Positions 1 through 13,836 are shown, counted from the first letter of the stretch. The stretch: DNA of 64,000 nucleotides from Eledone cirrhosa (GCA_964016885.1 OZ024757.1:7626001-7690000); one strand, 5' to 3'. A program made the numbers and translations. Notes: generated by a model not told the origin, from the sequence alone.

Positions 1-1838
1 ATGGTGCGACACACTATGGTCACCCGTATAGTTATCTAAGTAATACAGAATGGGGTCATACCAAAAGACTGGCGTAGCAGCATCATTATTAACTGCTACA
101 AGATAGGGGAAACTATAGAGGCATTAAGTTAGTTGACCAGGTCATGAAGGTCACAGAAAGAGTTATAGCGTAACTAATCAGAGAGCGAATTGATCTAGAT
201 GAAATGCAGTTTGGGTTTGTGCCAGGTAAAAGTACCACAGACGCTCTTTTCTTTGTATGACAACTACAAGAGAAGTACCTAGCTAAAAGTAAACCCCTCT
301 ACTTAGCTTTTGTAGATCTGGAGAAAGCTTTTGACAGAGTCCCCCGCTCAATTATCTGGTGGGCTCTCAGAAAACTAGGTGTAGATGAATGGCTTGTGAG
401 AGCTATACAAGCTATGTATAATGAAACAGTCAGTAAGGTTAGAATTAACAATGAATATTGTTAAGAATTTAGTGTAAAATTTGGCATTCATCAAGGCTCT
501 GTCCTTAGCCCCCTCTTATTTATTATTGCCCTTCAGGCTATAACAGAGGAGTTTAAGTCCGGCTGCCCATGGGAACTCCTATACGCTGATGATCTAACAC
601 TCATAGCTAAATCAATGGCTGAACTAGAGAAGAAATTCCAAACATGGAAGCATGGCCTAGAATCAAAAGGCCTTAAAGTTAACTTGTCTAAGACGAAAGT
701 TCTAGTTTGTAGAAAGGAAAATAGGGCACAGGTGCCCTCGGGGAAATGGCCATGCTCAGTGTGTAGGAAAGGAGTAGGTAGAAATTCCATTTTATGTCCC
801 AAATGCAAAGTATGGGTACATAAAAGATGTAGTGGGCATCACAGGTAAAACTATCTAAGAACGTAGACTTTATATGTGGCTGATGCTCAGGTGCAATAAG
901 TAGCAAGTGTCCAAAGGATACTAGCTCCTTCTATTGCCCAGATGGTTCTGTAGAAATACTAGACACTTTCCGTTACCTGGGTGACGAAATCAGCAGTGGT
1001 GGAGGGTGTTCTGAAAGTACAGTAGCCAGTCAGAACGGGATGGAAAAAGTTCAGAGAGCTTATACCGCTGTTGGCCACAAAAGGTTGCTCTCTAAAAATG
1101 AAAGGCATATTGTATGATGCTTGTATATGAACAGCAATGCTACATGGCAGTGAGACATGGGCATTACGTGCAGAGGACCTGCGTAGACTGGAAAGGAACG
1201 AAGCATGTATGCTCCGTTGGATGTGTAATAGTAATATACGTGAACAGCAAAGCATAAATGAACTAAGTGAGAAATTAGGAATGAGAGGGATCAGCTTCTG
1301 TTTACTCGAGAGAAGACTACGTTGGTATGGCCACGCGATGCGCGTGAAAGACGACAGCTGCCTAACAAATCAGTAGGGCGATCAAAATTGATGGTAGTTA
1401 CGGAGTAGGTAGACGCAGAAAAACCTGGGATGAAATACAGAAGACCCGCCTTGCCTATGTACAAAGCGAAACCTATAGTCAGTAGGCACCTCTTGACCAA
1501 ATATACACCCCAGTCCACTACCCCTACCCTATCCTCCCACTCCCACCAACAGCACGAGAAAATGAGCTCGATATCGTGTAGGTGTCACGACAAAAAAACA
1601 CACAGTCCACACTGTAATGTGGCCGTGTAGGTAACACGGTAAAAAGTTCCCAGTTCCACGCAGTAAATGTGGTTGGTGTTAGGAAGGGCATCCAGCCGTA
1701 GAAAACCTTCCAGATAGTCCTATATGAGGAGACGGTTACCCGACCAGCCTTGCCTCAAATGGGACAACTCCCGTCTAACCCATGCTAGCGTGGAAAATGG
1801 ACGTTAAACGATGATGATGATGATGATGATGATGATGA
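1..1838 (+). mobile_element. RTE-clade LINE remnant (RT, Cys-rich PHD-like insert, 3' UTR, (GAT)n tail); cut by window start
   Basis: Translated motifs NYRGIKL, QFGFVPGKSTTD, AFVDLEKAFDRVPR, GIHQGSVLSPLLF, LLYADDL, CSVC..CPKC..WVHKRC, MLHGSETW, RRLRWYGH, with several stops and frameshifts; ends in (GAT)n at 1810-1838. Confidence 0.88.
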
Positions 1839-2327
1839 ATGGAATGTTTGATTTTTCCTTTTAGATAAATGTCATTCTATATATAAATTTCAGCGACTTC
1901 TGTCTCACACACATACACACACTGTGTGTGTGTAAAAGGAAAGAAGGATGGAGAAAAACTATAGCAAAACGGTCACTGGTGTTCCATTTGATATGCTGTG
2001 TGTGAGTGTTTGTGTATGTTTGTGTGAATGTGTGTATTTGTGGGAATGTATGCCCGTGAGTGTATTTTTGTGTTTATATTTATATACTCATACATATAAA
2101 TGTATGCATATGCACGTACACACACACACACATATACACATACACGTCAGCATGTTGAAAAAAATCCTAGTACTGTAAAATAACACAGCTTTTTATTATC
2201 GAACCAGGGGTGGTTTCAGGCAGTTTGGTATCAAAGAGGTCCAGAGATATCTTCCTTCAATTCTCCCACTAACCTTAACTTGTTGAATTTATTCATTTAT
2301 TATTAATTAATTTAATTTTCTTAACAG

Positions 2328-2532
2328 ATTAATGAACTAATTAGCCCCGAACAGCATTAAAAAAATAAATGATAAGAAATCTGTCTTTTATATGATGGAG
2401 AATATCGCAAACTTTCTAAAAGCCACTGAAGACTATGGTGTGATGAAGAATGACCTCTTCCAGACTGTTGACCTTTATGACAAAGTAAATATGTTACAGG
2501 TTGTTAATACCCTACATGCTTTAGGGAGAAAT
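2328..2532 (+). pseudogene. Exon of calponin/transgelin-family (myophilin/MP20-like) gene, CH domain C-terminal half, in-frame TAA at 2338-2340
   Basis: ttaacAG acceptor and GTaaat donor; translation LMN*LAPNSIKKINDKKSVFYMMENIANFLKATEDYGVMKNDLFQTVDLYDKVNMLQVVNTLHALGRN matches the CH-domain signature MENIxxFL..DLFQTVDLY. Confidence 0.9.
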
Positions 2533-3768
2533 GTAAATATGTTTAATTAATATTTTATTATTTTCCGTTATTTCTAACCCTTCCCCTTCATCGTCCCATC
2601 TTTTTTTTAAATTTGGTTTTTTAACTTTTTTTGTTAATCATATTTTCAATGAAATACTGTGCCTTTGATTTCAAATAATTTTGAAAAAAAAAAAAAAATC
2701 AAGAATTTGGAGAGATCTAAACCTTTAGTTTCCATGTTTCTAATGAGACTGCTAACACAGGAGGCTCTATGTGGTCACTCTACATGCTAACAATTAAAGA
2801 CAAATTTCCCTCAAATCAGGTGATAGACTTAATCTGTTACCTGGTTTAACCCTTCAGTTAGTATATTTCTAATGAAAGACATTGCCCATGGTTTTCAAGT
2901 TATTTTGAAAATAATCAAGAATTTGACTACAGGACCACAAGGGATTATAAAAAGCTGCAGTTGGTGGAGGACGATTGTGACTGTCTTTTACTGTAGTTGA
3001 GCAATAATGATGATCGCTCTCACTCCGATCGATCAAGATCCCAGACCTCATTCGCTTGCCAAGTGCGGTGGACCTCATCAAATGGGACCAAGGAAACAAG
3101 GTTTCCATTGGTTTTTCCATTTTTCCATTGTTGATACTGGTTGCAACTCCTGGCAGAAGGAGCAACGTGAAATAATGTCTTGTTCAAGGACACAACACAT
3201 CACCCGATCTGAGAATTGAACTCACAACCTCATGATTGCAAATCCAACCACTAAGCCATGTGCCTTCACATCATGATGATACAGAGTTAATTTTAATTCA
3301 ATGTTTTCAATAAATAATGTTTATTTTAGATAAATTTTGTGACACCTTACTGATTACTATTTATGAATTCACCTTTTTTTATATCAAACTGCTCAAAATA
3401 TGTTCTGGTTCTGTTAAACTATTTTAGAAAATTTATATTTATCTATAAACCAAATGCTAGCGTGGAAGATGGATGTTAAACGACGATGATGATCATGAAA
3501 CCTTTCATCATAATTCTGTGAAAGAACTTTTTAACTTATGTTATGAACAGCAATTTAATAATGAGGAAGTTAGTTATTTTCAAGTCGCTCCAAATTCTTG
3601 ATTATTTCTAAAAATTATTTGAAAATCAATCGTAGTCAGTGAACTTCATTAGAAATATTGTAAGAAAAGGGTTAAGCTTAAAAAAATCTCAATATGATGA
3701 ACTTAAAAAAATGTCATGTATCTTCTTTATATCTTACATTTGAAATGCTAATATTTTTCTACTACTAG

Positions 3769-3951
<183 letters not shown>

Positions 3952-4165
3952 TGCATTTACAACTTGCCTTTTTCAAATGTGACTCAAATGTTTTTGTTTT
4001 TCCCATATAAATATATATATATATATATATATATGCAAAAGTTTTATTTAAAATTGTTGGGTTACAACAAGTAAATATTTTATAACTGAAATAAAGCACT
4101 CGACAAGTTTTGGGTGTAGATATACGATATTAAACAAATGGAAACTATATTTATAAAACCATATT

Positions 4166-4231
4166 TATTTCATTATACATATTTCAGGGATACCATATTA
4201 AAAATATGGCTTGCCTTCGTAAGATAAAATA
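4166..4231 (-). ncRNA. Hammerhead ribozyme motif, core mutated (CUUACGA)
   Basis: Homologous to the intact copy at 7180-7245 with G>U in the CUGA core. Confidence 0.6.
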
Positions 4232-4732
4232 CAATATATAAACAGTTTTATAAATAATATTGACGTACCATATTATAAGCGACCATTATATTAGGAAGCT
4301 GTCTGGATAATGAATTGTTTATAATTATTTAGTTATAGTGTTAAGCACAGTTAGAAGAAAGACGGAGAGAAAGAAACGGAGAGAAAGAAAAGGAGAGAGA
4401 GAAAAAATATATAAATAGATAGGAGAAAGAAATAAGAGAGGCAAACGAAAGCAACAGATAAATAATAATTCCCCATACATATAGAGAAACTCAAGAGAGA
4501 GGGAGTCCTATATATAGAGAGAAGGATAATAATTATTTAAAAGATTTAGAAGACCCAGTGATTCTACGGATGCCCTTATATTTAGTATAGAAATTTATCT
4601 TGCGTAAAATTTAGAGTAGTTTATTACATCTTTGTTTATATTTAGGAAGAAGGTTTAAAAAGAAAAAGGTGAAGGAATCAAATGATTTATCGTCAGGTTT
4701 CAGATATGAACTAAATTTCTTAATTAATTATA

Positions 4733-6954
4733 CTACATTTTAAATTTATATTTATATTTAAACGTTGAGTTCAATCTATGTCTGCAGCAACTGAATAAAT
4801 TGCTCCTTAAATTAAGGAAATGTTTGGACTTTAATATAAAGAATACCTCCTCCACACAGAGATCACATGTCTCTGATGAGGAATTAAAAGGAATCCCTTT
4901 TGAGACAATATTCCAAAACATCGAATACTTAACATTATCTCGTTTAAGTTGCCAGAGTAGGCTTGATAGCGAAGTTGAGGATTTTGTGTTTGGATCTGTG
5001 AAAGAATTCTTATGATTATTGAAGCGAAGTTTAAATTCTGTCGAGGTGGAACCAACATAGTTGAAAGAATTTAAGTTAGTTTTAACATTACAATTGTATA
5101 CTACATTTTTAACTAAGCAATTGTTATTTAACGGACAGTTAGATTTATTTCTACAGTTACAGTTATTTAATTGAATATTATTTGGGTTATTATTGGTATT
5201 TTGGTTAGGTTTTAAATTCCTATTATTAATTCTGTTAATATTTTGTGCTAAATTTTTGTTGGACGAGTAAGTTAATTTTATAGTATGTCTATTAAAAATT
5301 GAGTGATATTTATGTGTTCCAGGGAAGCGTTTGTCAAGAGCATTAAAGAATAGTTTAGCAATATGGGTTTTAATATTTAGTGAAAAAAAGGGGGGGGGGA
5401 CCATATTATATTTCTAGTTCTATTTCTTTTTCGGCTTTTGGAATTATTGTAATGTTTTCTATTATAGTTGTTAATGTTGTTACCGTAATTAAAATTGTTA
5501 TTATTTTGGTTAGTTTGTTTATTATTATCGATGTACTTAATTTTATCACTATATCCTGCTCTAGCTAACGCTTCATTGTAATACTGCGCTTTTTCATCAA
5601 AAATATTTTTATTAGATGAAATTCTTGAAATTCGTTCTTTAACAGAGTTCACTATAGTATTTTTAACAGATCTGGGGTGATTAGAGTTAAAATTGACATA
5701 ATTCAATTTCTCATTTAGTTTGTGAAATGGATAGTGAAGACATGTGTTGAGATTTAGTGTTACATCCAGGAAATTGACTATTCTATGGTTATTCTCTATT
5801 TCTATTTTTAGATTAAGTTAATTAAAAAATTGTATATTTTGTTTTCTTTTTCTATTTAGTTCACAGTTATTATTTTCAATAAGTAAAAGCATGTCATCAC
5901 GATATAATCCTCCGGTTACACCTGGAATTTTTCTATGCAGCGAATTAATTATAAATAGGTCCACAAGATCCGTTACCTGAGCTGAGTCATATGATCCCAT
6001 AGTTATGCTGAAATTATTATCTCTATCTGCCCTAGTCCATAGTTGGTTATTAAATTCTATCAATGTTTTCCTTGCCGATAATATAATGTGCATTTCATTG
6101 CTAGTTAGGTCTGTATGTTTAAATGCGTAATTTAGTGCCTTATTCAGTAGATTAGGAGTGATAGATGAATAGTAGTTAGCAATATCAAGTTGAATAAATT
6201 TATTATTATAGTTATATTTAATTTCTTTAAACCACTCAATAACCTCACCAGTCCCCTTCCATAACTTTAAGTAAGGTAAATTATGTAAGTTTTTAATTTG
6301 CTGTATTACCCTGTCTAGAATGTTTTTGCTAAGTTTTCCCATGTCATATTTTGATGGTGCAATCAATCTGACTGGCAAATCATTTTCAAAATTTCTTTTG
6401 TGATCTTTCATATTGATCTTGGGTTTCCTAGGCATGAAGGGTTGTGTTTTATTCTCAATGTCTAATTCATGCATTATACAAGATGCCTCTGTATTCATTT
6501 TTTCCAGTTCGTCCTTACTTGCTACCTTGTACTTTTTCCTTAGTTCTTTCAATATAAGGCCGTTATACATGTCCTTTTGTACTCCATAAAGGTTATTGGT
6601 TTTGTCCGATTTCACTAAGATCTCTGTTTTTTCCAAGCCTTCAATATTATCCTTAATGCATCTTAGATAGTCCTGGCCTTTGAAGTTTCTCTTGAATTTG
6701 ATTCCTTGGATGATAGAAGTTATATCGTTTTCAAAATCCATTAATAGTTTGTTGGGGGGTGGATTTTTTTTAAATTTGAAAATTTTATCCAAATCTGAAA
6801 CATTTTCATTTAGATTAGATTTATCAAAGTGGAAGGCACGCCACCTGATTCTTCTTATAAAAGAGTCTGATTTTTCTATTAATTGTTTAATAAAGTCTTT
6901 GTTCCTAGGTAGAGGTATGTCTTTTAGAGAAGAAGATATCTTAAAGAATTCCAT
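4733..6954 (-). pseudogene. Penelope-like RT + C-terminal GIY-YIG endonuclease ORF, two frameshifts (near 5820 and the G-run near 5395); Hydra-clade-like
   Basis: LDIANYYSSI, MGSYDSAQV, GLYRDD, FLDVTL, SNHP; linker CNCRNKSNCPLNNNC (CxCx5Cx5C); VVY...YVGST..FKLRFNNH; CDLC..E, CRH. Confidence 0.9.
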
Positions 6955-7086
6955 TTTTTCAGTTATAATATAAAGCGCTCATATTAATGACATTCAAATA
7001 ATAAAAAAAAAACCGTTTAACTTAACATTATTAAGTGTATGGATGTAATATTGCTTTGCTAATGCCTGTGTGATTTACAACTAACA

Positions 7087-7141
<55 letters not shown>

Positions 7142-7179
7142 GATATTAAACAAATGGAAAATATTTATAAAACCATATT

Positions 7180-7245
7180 TATTTCATTATACGTATTTCA
7201 GGGATACCATATTAAAAATATGGCATGCCTTCGTCAGATAAAATA
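7180..7245 (-). ncRNA. Minimal type I hammerhead ribozyme in the PLE terminal repeat
   Basis: Minus strand reads uauuuuau CUGACGA aggcaugccaua-loop-uaugguaucccu GAAA uacgua UA augaaaua: stem I and II pair, palindromic stem III, AUA cleavage triplet. Confidence 0.85.
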
Positions 7246-8071
7246 TAATATATAAACAGTTTTATAAATAATTTTGATGTACCATATTATAAGCGACCAT
7301 TATATTAGGAAGCTGTCTGGATAATGAATTGTTTATAATTATTTAGTTATAGTGTTAAGCACAGTTAGAAGAAAGACGGAGAGAAAGAAACGGAGAGAAA
7401 GAAAAGGAGAGAGAGAAAAAATATATAAATAGATAAGAGAAAGAAATAAGAGAGGCAAACGAAAGCAACAGATAAATAATAATTCCCCATACATATAGAG
7501 AAACTCAAGAGAGAGGGAGTCCTATATAGAGAGAGAAGGATAATAATTATTTAGTTATAGTGTTAAGCACAGTTAGAAAAAAGACGGAGAGAAAGAAAAA
7601 ACGTAGATAAAGAAAAAAGAAAAAACGGAGAGAGAGAGGGGGGGAGGAGAAAAAAGAGAGAGAGAATATAAATAGATAAGAGGAAGTGAAAAAGAAACAA
7701 GAGAGAAATAAGAGAGGCAAACGAAAGCGACAGATACATAATAATTCATCATACATAAAGATAAACTCAAGAGAGAGGAGAAAGTGCTATATATAGAGAG
7801 AAGGATACAGTTACATCTTTACGTCATGTCATATCAATTTGAATTATCAATTCATATGAAATGGATAATAAAAATGCAAATATCAATATTCATGAATGAG
7901 ACATAGATATATAATATGAGAAAATAACATTGTTCAATAATGACCATATGTTTAGTTTAAAACTCTGAGGTCAATATATCAAAAACTGAGATAAAACCTT
8001 CAAAAAATTACCCTATTTATAAAAATACGGAAATATATATGTATATATATATACACGTATATGTACTTCCT

Positions 8072-8207
8072 GAAAAAAGAAAAAAGAAAAAAGAAAAAAG
8101 AAAAAAGAAAAAAAGAAAAAAGAAAAAAGAAAAAAGAAAAAGAAAAAAGAAAAAAAGAAAAAAGAAAAAAGAAAAAAGAAAAAAGAAAAAAGAAAAAAGA
8201 AAAAAGA
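8072..8207. repeat. (GAAAAAA)n-type purine tandem repeat
   Basis: About 19 imperfect 7-mer units; the homologous site at 12320-12340 has only about 2. Confidence 0.9.
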
Positions 8208-8933
8208 GAAAATTATGTCTAACTCTAGTCAATAATATAGACATACATATGACTTCACCTGATCAACTCTATAATTTCTTGTGTCATGAAAAAATGTCTT
8301 GTGTTATAAAAATGTCACTGTATATATACATAAAATATACGATTAATATTCATGTCCTCACATATATTATTACCGTTCATGTATTTAATATTATGCATAT
8401 CTGTAACATATACAGAACCATACCTAAATATATATATATATGTATATATAAAATATCTGCGTGAGTTTTCCAGCATCTTTACGCACATATACAGACACAT
8501 GAACACATAAATTAAACTCTATAAACCTTCTATATGCATGTTAATACACATATGGCCTTTGTATAGAGATAATCAAATATCAATATATCAGCACAGAAAC
8601 ATCAAAACATTAAAATACTTTCAACACACTATAGAGTATCTCAGGCCAAAAACAATATGCTTCATATATTTACTACAGAAATCTATCCTTCCTATATTTC
8701 AAACAATATATTGCAAAGTTAGTTAGAAGCTATTAGAGTAAAAAACAAAAATTATTGTGCTTAACACTATAACTAAATAATTATAAACAATTCATTATCC
8801 AGACAGCTTCCTAATATAATGGTCGCTTATAATATGGTACGTCAAAATTACATATAAAATTGTTTATATATTGTATTTTATCTGACGAAGGCATGCCATA
8901 TTTTTAATATGGTATCCCTAAAATATGTATAAT

Positions 8934-9113
8934 TGTTTCTACTTTAGGCACAAGGCCAGCAATTACCCAGTGCATTACTGGTACTTTATTTTATCGACCC
9001 CGTAAGGATGAAAGGCAAAGTCAACCTCGGCGGGATTTGAACTCAGATCGTAAAGGGACGTAACTATGCTGGAAAGCATGGCGTCCGACCCTCTAGCGAT
9101 ACTGCCAATCCAC
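8934..9113 (-). mobile_element. tRNA-head SINE with Meta-like core, inserted in the PLE hammerhead
   Basis: A-box TGGCAGTATCG, B-box GAGTTCAAATC, core gcctttcatccttacggggtcgataaaataaagtacc; TSD TGTATAAT at 8926-8933 and 9114-9121. Confidence 0.9.
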
Positions 9114-9305
9114 TGTATAATGAAATAAATATGGTTTTATAAATATAGTTTCCATTTGTTTCATATCGTATATCTACTCCAAAATCTTATCGAGTGCTTT
9201 ATATCAGTTATAAAATATTTACTTGTAACCCAACAATTTTAAATGAAACTTTTGCGTATATTTTTGCTCCAATATTGTTGAGCGCTTTATATTATAACTG
9301 AAAAA

Positions 9306-11529
9306 ATGGAATTCTTTAAGATATCTTCTTCTCTAAAAGACATACCTTTACCTAGGAACAAAAACTTTATTAAACAATTAATAGAAAAATCAGACTCTTT
9401 TATAAGAAGAATCAGGTGGCGTGCCTTCCACTTTGATAAATCTAATCTAAATGAAAATGTTTCAGATTTGGATAACATTTTCAAATCTAAAAAAATCCAC
9501 ACCCAACAAACTATTAATGGATTTTGAAAACGATATAATTTTTATCATCCAAGGAATCAAATTCAAGAGAAACTTCAAAGGCCAGGACTATCTAGATGCA
9601 TTAAGGATAATATTGAAGGCTTGGAAAAACCAGAGAAGATCTTAGTGAAATCGAACAAACCAATAACCTTTATGGAGTACAAAAGGACATGTATAACGGC
9701 CTTATATTGAAAGAACTAAGGAAAAAGTACAAGGTAGCAAGTAAGGACGAACTGGAAAAAATGAATACAGAGGCATCTTGTATAATGCATGAATTAGACA
9801 TTGAGAATAAAACACAACCCTTCATGCCTAGGAAACCCAAGATCAATATGAAAGATCACAAAAGAAATTTTGAAAATGATTTGCCAGTCAGATTGATTGC
9901 ACCATCAAAATCTGACCTGGAAAAACTTAGAAAAAATATTCTAGACAGGGTAATACAGCAAATTAAAAAACTTACATAATTTACCTTACTTAAAGTTATG
10001 GAAGGGGACTGGTGAGGTTATTGAGTGGTTTAAAGAAATTAAATATAACTATAATAATAAATTTATTCAACTTGATATTGCTAACTACAATTCATCTATC
10101 ACTCCTAATCTACTGAATAAGGCACTAAATTACGCATTTAAACATACCGACCTAACTAGCAATGAAATGCACATTATATTATCGGCAAGGAAAACATTGA
10201 TAGAATTTAATAACCAACTATGGACTAGGGCAGATAGAGATAATAATTTCGACATAACTATGTGATCATCTGACTCAGCTCAGGTAACGGATCTTGTGGA
10301 CCTATTTATAATTAATTCGCTGCATAGAAAAATTCCAGGTGTAACCGGAGGATTATATCGTGATGACATGCTTTTACTTATTGAAAATAATAACTGTGAA
10401 CTAAATAGAAAAAGAAAACAAATTATACAATTTTTTAATTACCTTAATCTAAAAATAGAAATAGAGAATAACCATAGAATAGTCAATTTCCTGGATGTAA
10501 CACTAAATCTCAACACATGTCTTCACTATCCATTTCACAAACTAAATGAGAACTTGAATTATGTCAATTTTAACTCTAATCACCCCAGATCTGTTAAAAA
10601 TACTATAGTGAACTCTGTTCAAGAACGAATTTCAAGAATTTCATCTAATAAAAATATTTTTGATGAAAAAGTGCAGTATTACAATGAAGCGTTAGCTAGA
10701 GCAGGATATAGTGATAAAATTAAGTACATCGATAATAATAAGCAAACTAACCAAAATAATAACAATTTTAATTACGGTAACAACATTAACAACTATAATA
10801 GAAAACATTACAATAATTCCAAAAGCCGAAAAAGAGATAGAACTAGGAATATAATATTGTTTGCCCCCCCCCCTTATTTTCACTAAATATCAAAACCCAT
10901 ATTGTTAAACTATTTTTTAATGCTCTTGACAAACGCTTCGCTAGAACACATAAATATCACTCAATTTTTAATAGACATACTATAAAATTAACTTACTCGT
11001 CCACCAAAAATTTAGCACAAAATATTAACAGAATTAATAATAGGAATTTAAAACCTAACCAAAATACCAATAATAACCCAAACAATATTCAATTAAATAA
11101 CTGTAACTGTAGAAATAAATCTAACTGTCCGTTAAATAACAATTGCTTAGTTAAAAATGTAGTATACAATTGTAATGTTAAAACTAACTTAAATTCTTTC
11201 AACTATGTTGGTTCCACCTCGACAGAATTTAAACTTCGCTTCAATAATCATAAGAATTCTTTCACAATCCAAACAAAAAATCCTCAACCTCGCTATCAAG
11301 CCTACTCTGGCAACTTAAACGAGATAATGTTAAGTATTCGATGTTTTGGAATATTGTCTCAAAAGGGATTCCTTTTAATTCCTCATCAGAGACATGTGAT
11401 CTCTGTGTGGAGGAGGTATTCTTTATATTAAAGTCCAAACATTTCCTTACTTTAAGGAGCAATTTATTCAGTTGCTGCAGACATAGATTGAACTCAACGT
11501 TTAAATATAAATATAAATTTAAAATGTAG
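9306..11529 (+). pseudogene. Penelope-like RT + GIY-YIG ORF, more degraded copy
   Basis: Same motifs as 4733-6954, with more frameshifts and stops (ORF pieces 9306, 9451, 9689, 10296, 11341). Confidence 0.9.
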
Positions 11530-13166
11530 TATAATTAATTAAGAAATTTAGTTAATATATGAAACCTGACGATAAATCATTTGATTCCTTCACCTTTTTC
11601 TTTTTAAACCTTCTTCCTAAATATAAACAAAGATGTAATAAACTACTCTAAAATGTATATGCTCCCAATGTATTAAATACATTTTACGCAAGATAAATTT
11701 CTATACTAAATATAAGGGCATCCGTAGAATCACTGGGTCTTCTAAATCTTTTAAATAATTTTTGTTACATAATTTTTATTTTTTATTTTTTTACTCTAAT
11801 AGCTTCTAACTAACTTTGCAATATATTGTTTGAAATATAGGAAGGATAGATTTCTGTAGTAAATATATGAAGCATATTGTTTTTGGCCTGAGATACTGTA
11901 TAGTGTGTTGAAAGTATTTTAATGTTTTGATGTTTCTGTGCTGATATATTGATATTTGATTATCTCTATACAAAGGCCATATGTGTATTAACATGCATAT
12001 AGAAGGTTTATAGAGTTTATTTTATGTGTTCATGTGTCTGTATATGTGCGTAAAGATACTGGAAAACTCACGCAGATATTTTATATATACATATAAATAT
12101 ATATTTAGGTATGGTTCTGTATATGTTACAGATATGCATAATATTAAATACATGAACGGTAATCATATATGTGAGGACATGAATATTAATCGTATATTTT
12201 ATGTATATATACAGTGAAATTTTTATAACACAAGACATTTTTTTATGACACAAGAAATTATAGAGTTGATCAGGTGAAGTCATATGTATGTCTATATTAT
12301 TGACTAGAGTTAGACATAATTTTCTCTTTTTTCTTTTTTCAGGAAGTACATATACGTGTATATATATATACATATATATTTCCGTATTTTTATAAATAGG
12401 GTAATTTTTTGAAGGTTTTATCTCAGTTTTTGGTATATTGACCTCAGAGTTTTAAACTAAACATATGGTCATTATTGAACAATGTTATTTTCTCATATTA
12501 TATATATCTATGTCTCATTCATGAATATTGATATTTGCATTTTTGTTACCCATTTCATGTGAATTGATAATTCAAATTGATATGACATGACGTAAAGATG
12601 TAACTGTATCCTTCTCTCTCTATATATCACTTTCTCCTCTCTCTTGAGTTTATCTTTATGTATATTTATTATGTATCTGTCGCTTTCGTTTACCTCTCTT
12701 ATTTCTCTCTTGTTTCTTTTTCACTTCCTCTTATCTATTTATATTCTCTCTCTCTCTTTTTTTTCTCCTCCCCCTCTCTCTCTCCATTTTTTCTTTTTTC
12801 TTTATCTACGTTTTTTCTTTCTCTCCGTCTTTTTTCTAACTGTGCTTAACACTATAACTAAATAATTATTATCCTTCTCTCTCTATATAGGAATCCCTCT
12901 CTCTTGAGTTTCTCTATATGTATGGGGAATTATTATTTATCTGTTGCTTTCGTTTGCCTCTCTTATTTCTTTCTCCTATCTATTTATATATTTTTTCTCT
13001 CTCTCCCTTTCTTTCTCTCCGTTTCTTTCTCTCCGTCTTTCTTCTAACTGTGCTTAACACTATAACTAAATAATTATAGACAATTCATTATCCAGACAGC
13101 TTCCTAATATAATGGTCGCTTATAATATGGTACGTCAAAATTATTTATAAAACTGTTTATATATTG

Positions 13167-13232
13167 TATTTTATCTGACGAAGATATGCCATATTTTTAA
13201 TATGGTATCCCTGAAATATGTATAATGAAATA
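13167..13232 (+). ncRNA. Hammerhead ribozyme motif at the PLE 3' end
   Basis: tattttat CTGACGA agatatgccata..tatggtatccct GAAA tatgta TA atgaaata. Confidence 0.8.
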
Positions 13233-13563
13233 AATATAGTTTCCATTTGTTTAATATCGTATATATATATATGCATGTTAGTTGTAAATCACACAGGCAT
13301 TAGCAAAGCAATATTACATCCATACACTTAATAATGTTAAGTTAAACGTTTTTTTTTAAAATTATTTGAATGTCATTAATATTAACTGCATAACACATTC
13401 ATCTTCCTTACGTAACTGAGAAAAGGGACCAATATTGGGGATTAAAATGGTACCAAGAGATTGTGCAACATGTATTTCTTCAACATTTCTCATTTGTCAT
13501 TCTATTAATTTTTTTTCATTTTGTTTTATTTTATAATCTCAAACATATTATTGTTGCTGTTAA

Positions 13564-13677
<114 letters not shown>

Positions 13678-13836
13678 ACTGCTACTTACCATATTTCCTG
13701 GTATTGAAGATGCTCTGACTTTCAAGATTCTACAAGCTCGAAGACGCATCCCAATTTTGACTTAACACCCGCCCCCCCCACACCACCACATAAGGTCTCA
13801 GCATTTTCATAGATTTTACAAATACATATAGATAAT

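Larger units (their letters stand above)
4121..8745 (-). mobile_element. Penelope-like element, left copy with terminal repeats (pseudo-LTRs)
   Basis: Contains the RT+GIY-YIG ORF; terminal segment 4121-4540 is repeated at 7141-7550; 6980-8745 is the reverse complement of 11790-13385. Confidence 0.9.
8755..13260 (+). mobile_element. Penelope-like element, right copy with direct terminal repeats and long 3' UTR
   Basis: 8755-9170 repeats at 13050-13260; the ORF region is the reverse complement of 4540-6980. Confidence 0.9.

Noticed and set aside
4733-6954. Naiad-type or selenoprotein-encoding PLE
   Set aside because: The endonuclease is C-terminal, the cysteines are standard codons and the breaks are frameshifts rather than in-frame TGA
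8934-9113. A-box and B-box suggesting tRNA genes
   Set aside because: No cloverleaf; they are SINE heads with core, tail and TSDs
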